From assembly GCF_037042905.1 (NCBI RefSeq), contig NC_087251.1:14758001-14822000 (forward strand): 64,000 bases of DNA. Reading direction: 5' to 3'. The position numbers and the translations under genes were made by a program. The notes beneath the pieces are model-generated. The model did not search any database and had not been told where the DNA came from. It saw nothing but the letters and a program-made list of their open reading frames with translations. Shown here one piece after another: positions 63,001-64,000 of the stretch. Numbering within the stretch: the first letter of the stretch is position 1; each line of letters starts with the position of its first letter. This stretch comes from Lytechinus pictus (lineage: Eukaryota).

Positions 63001-63083
63001 GTAGGGCTGTATTGCCCCCTGTTGCTTCATCTTTATTATTGATATCAAGACCACTATCTAGAAACTGCTTCACTTGCTCTGCC
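47904..63083 (-). CDS. Ankyrin-repeat protein fused to a degenerate GH20 (beta-hexosaminidase-like) fold; 5' end outside window
   Basis: 20 phase-consistent GT-AG exons. ANK motifs GNTALHWAA, GTTPLHDAV, GKSPLDLA; GH20 domain-2 motifs LWPKPQ and ESYRLSV..VTIVAADLPGLWHATSTFVQL; barrel motifs ISDWPSIKHRAVMLDLSAGRVP, LKYNELHLY, FIKLVPH, FYVCPGTGVWNS, GLLLTNW; stop TAG at 47906-47904. Confidence 0.9.
48295..48560 (+). mobile_element. Degenerate tRNA-derived SINE
   Basis: TGGTCTAGTGG A box, gagtttgatccc B-box remnant. Confidence 0.6.
49164..49283 (-). CDS. ANK-GH20 exon (IVRALVITGKKP...TKTDSAN)
   Basis: AG/GT, 120 nt, phase 2-2. Confidence 0.88.
49825..49946 (-). CDS. ANK-GH20 exon (TAMRRIRKSQ...LDLMFWAC)
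   Basis: AG/GT, 122 nt. Confidence 0.88.
50173..50427 (-). CDS. ANK-GH20 exon (EFLHCNLSAM...MTLEVIN)
   Basis: AG/GT, 255 nt. Confidence 0.88.
51042..51231 (-). CDS. ANK-GH20 exon (LGGGPEGSICNI...GLLLTNW...GLSWNASTPL)
   Basis: AG/GT, 190 nt. Confidence 0.9.
51750..51791 (-). CDS. ANK-GH20 exon (QGFYVCPGTGVWN)
   Basis: AG/GT, 42 nt. Confidence 0.88.
   Translation of the reverse strand, partial: TRFLCVPWNRCLE
52220..52266 (-). CDS. ANK-GH20 exon (SNSDFQKSGKKLLGS)
   Basis: AG/GT, 47 nt; required for phase. Confidence 0.82.
53465..53652 (-). CDS. ANK-GH20 exon (VQEDEVELPRP...MLYGSK)
   Basis: AG/GT, 188 nt. Confidence 0.85.
54253..54449 (-). CDS. ANK-GH20 exon (VVNIGPNLTRKLL + low-complexity insert)
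   Basis: AG/GT, 197 nt. Confidence 0.85.
55259..55399 (-). CDS. ANK-GH20 exon (ELLDLEVFCQWRFIKLVPHIDL...RFGST)
   Basis: AG/GT, 141 nt. Confidence 0.88.
55594..55658 (-). CDS. ANK-GH20 exon (LHLYVKAYKDSPIHDTMPYSG)
   Basis: AG/GT, 65 nt. Confidence 0.85.
55981..56031 (-). CDS. ANK-GH20 exon (DTLLQLVNSFAQLKYNE)
   Basis: AG/GT, 51 nt. Confidence 0.88.
56596..56667 (-). CDS. ANK-GH20 exon (ISDWPSIKHRAVMLDLSAGRVPRM)
   Basis: AG/GT, 72 nt; GH20 signature. Confidence 0.9.
57168..57269 (-). CDS. ANK-GH20 exon (VTIVAADLPGLWHATSTFVQL...IPQLE)
   Basis: AG/GT, 102 nt. Confidence 0.9.
58163..58347 (-). CDS. ANK-GH20 exon (TLEPMVDLW...ESYRLSVSEKM)
   Basis: 185 nt; acceptor duplicated by the adjacent MITE. 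Confidence 0.85.
58355..58844. mobile_element. Foldback-type MITE built from tccgaaggttcg tandem units, 8-bp TSD
   Basis: Left half and right half are inverse repeats; cctgtaca at 58347-58354 and 58845-58852. Confidence 0.9.
59497..59725 (-). CDS. ANK-GH20 exon (acidic tract, then DPRLAFLWPKPQ)
   Basis: AG/GT, 229 nt. Confidence 0.88.
59919..60892. mobile_element. Tc1/mariner-type non-autonomous element
   Basis: TA|CAGTGCGTATCAAAAAAAAGTTTACACTTTGAAAA ... inverse|TA. Confidence 0.9.
61052..61125 (-). CDS. ANK-GH20 exon (TLEEVKTEEEKD...TTPE)
   Basis: AG/GT, 74 nt; required for phase. Confidence 0.82.
61489..61631 (-). CDS. ANK-GH20 exon (KSEGKSPLDLA...SDDAD)
   Basis: AG/GT, 143 nt. Confidence 0.87.
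61911..62046 (-). CDS. ANK-GH20 ankyrin exon (HNADVNATNSDGTTPLHDAVLRGDVDIVKELVAGGADINAK)
   Basis: AG/GT, 136 nt; canonical ankyrin repeat. Confidence 0.92.
62953..63083 (-). CDS. ANK-GH20 ankyrin exon (AEQVKQFLDSGLDINNKDEATGGNTALHWAASFSGLEIIKILL)
   Basis: AG/GT, 131 nt; ankyrin repeat. Confidence 0.92.
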
Positions 63084-63156
63084 CTAAAAAAAAATAGCCC
63101 AAAATATCAAATGTTAGAAAATGAAGAAAGTGATGCTTTTCTTACTTTGATATTAA

Positions 63157-63739
63157 AGGTCAAGTTCACCCCAGAAAAAAGTTGATTTAAATAAATAGAG
63201 AAAAATCAAACATGAATAACGCTGAAAACTTCATCAAAATCGGATGTAAAATAAGAAAGTTATGGCATTTTTAAGTTTCGCTTAATTGTCACTAAACAGT
63301 GATATGCACAACTTCAGTGTCATGCAAATGAGTCAGTCGATGATGTCCATCACTCACTATTTCTTTTGTTTTTTATTGTTTGAATTCTACAATATTTCAT
63401 TTTTTACAGATTTGACAATAAGGACCAAGTTGACTAAATCATACAGTATTAAACAATGCTAATTCCACATGTTCAGGGAGGAATTAATCGTTGTTTCACT
63501 TGACAATGATGGGAAAATCAAAATATTTCATATAATAAAATACAAAAGAAATAGTGAGTGGGTGATGTCATCGGTTCCCTCATTTGCATACCGAACAGGA
63601 TCATATGTGCATATAACTGTTTTGAGAAATTAAGCGAAACTTTAAAATGTTGTAACTTTCTTATTTTACATCCGAGTTTTTCTTGTTTGATTTTTCTCTT
63701 TCTATTCAAATCAGCTTTTTGTTAGGGCGGACTTGTCCT
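63157..63739. mobile_element. Kolobok-like MITE
   Basis: TTAA|AGGTCAAGTTCACCC ... GGGCGGACTTGTCCT|TTAA. Confidence 0.85.
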
Positions 63740-63887
63740 TTAACTAGAAAGGCAGGCAGGCTAGAGAGATGCACTGTGACATCCGCATATATGCCATTTG
63801 CAGGGGCCTCAGGAATCCCTAAAAAATATAAAATCACTTTTAGATAGTTTACCAATTGTGAGTCACCACCAAGATTGTCTTCTTCTA

Positions 63888-64000
63888 CATCATCATCACC
63901 ATCATCATCACCACCATCATCATCATCATCACCAGCATTATCATCATCATCATCACCTTCATCATCATCATCATCATTATCATCATCATCACCATCATCA
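63888..64000. repeat. (CAT)n microsatellite
   Basis: Direct read. Confidence 0.95.

Overview
AT-rich, intron-rich animal genomic DNA; the repeat families suggest a marine invertebrate deuterostome such as a sea urchin (inference). There are two minus-strand genes. (1) Aquarius (AQR, spliceosomal SF1 RNA helicase): 29 coding exons from the ATG at 21852 running off the left edge, with a probable non-coding exon 1 and CpG promoter at about 24.1-24.6 kb. (2) A 5'-truncated gene with 20 coding exons (63083 to stop at 47904) encoding ankyrin repeats fused to a GH20 hexosaminidase-like fold whose catalytic DE pair appears lost. Between them is a transposon-dense 23 kb interval. It holds a decayed Ginger/KRBA2-like DDE integrase carrying an OTU deubiquitinase domain and an F-box-like C-terminus, a TGT..ACA element with a CCGG target duplication, and a 3 kb nest of DNA transposons with verifiable TSDs. 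A foldback MITE has inserted into and duplicated a splice acceptor of the second gene. All coordinates were read by hand and no database searches were run.
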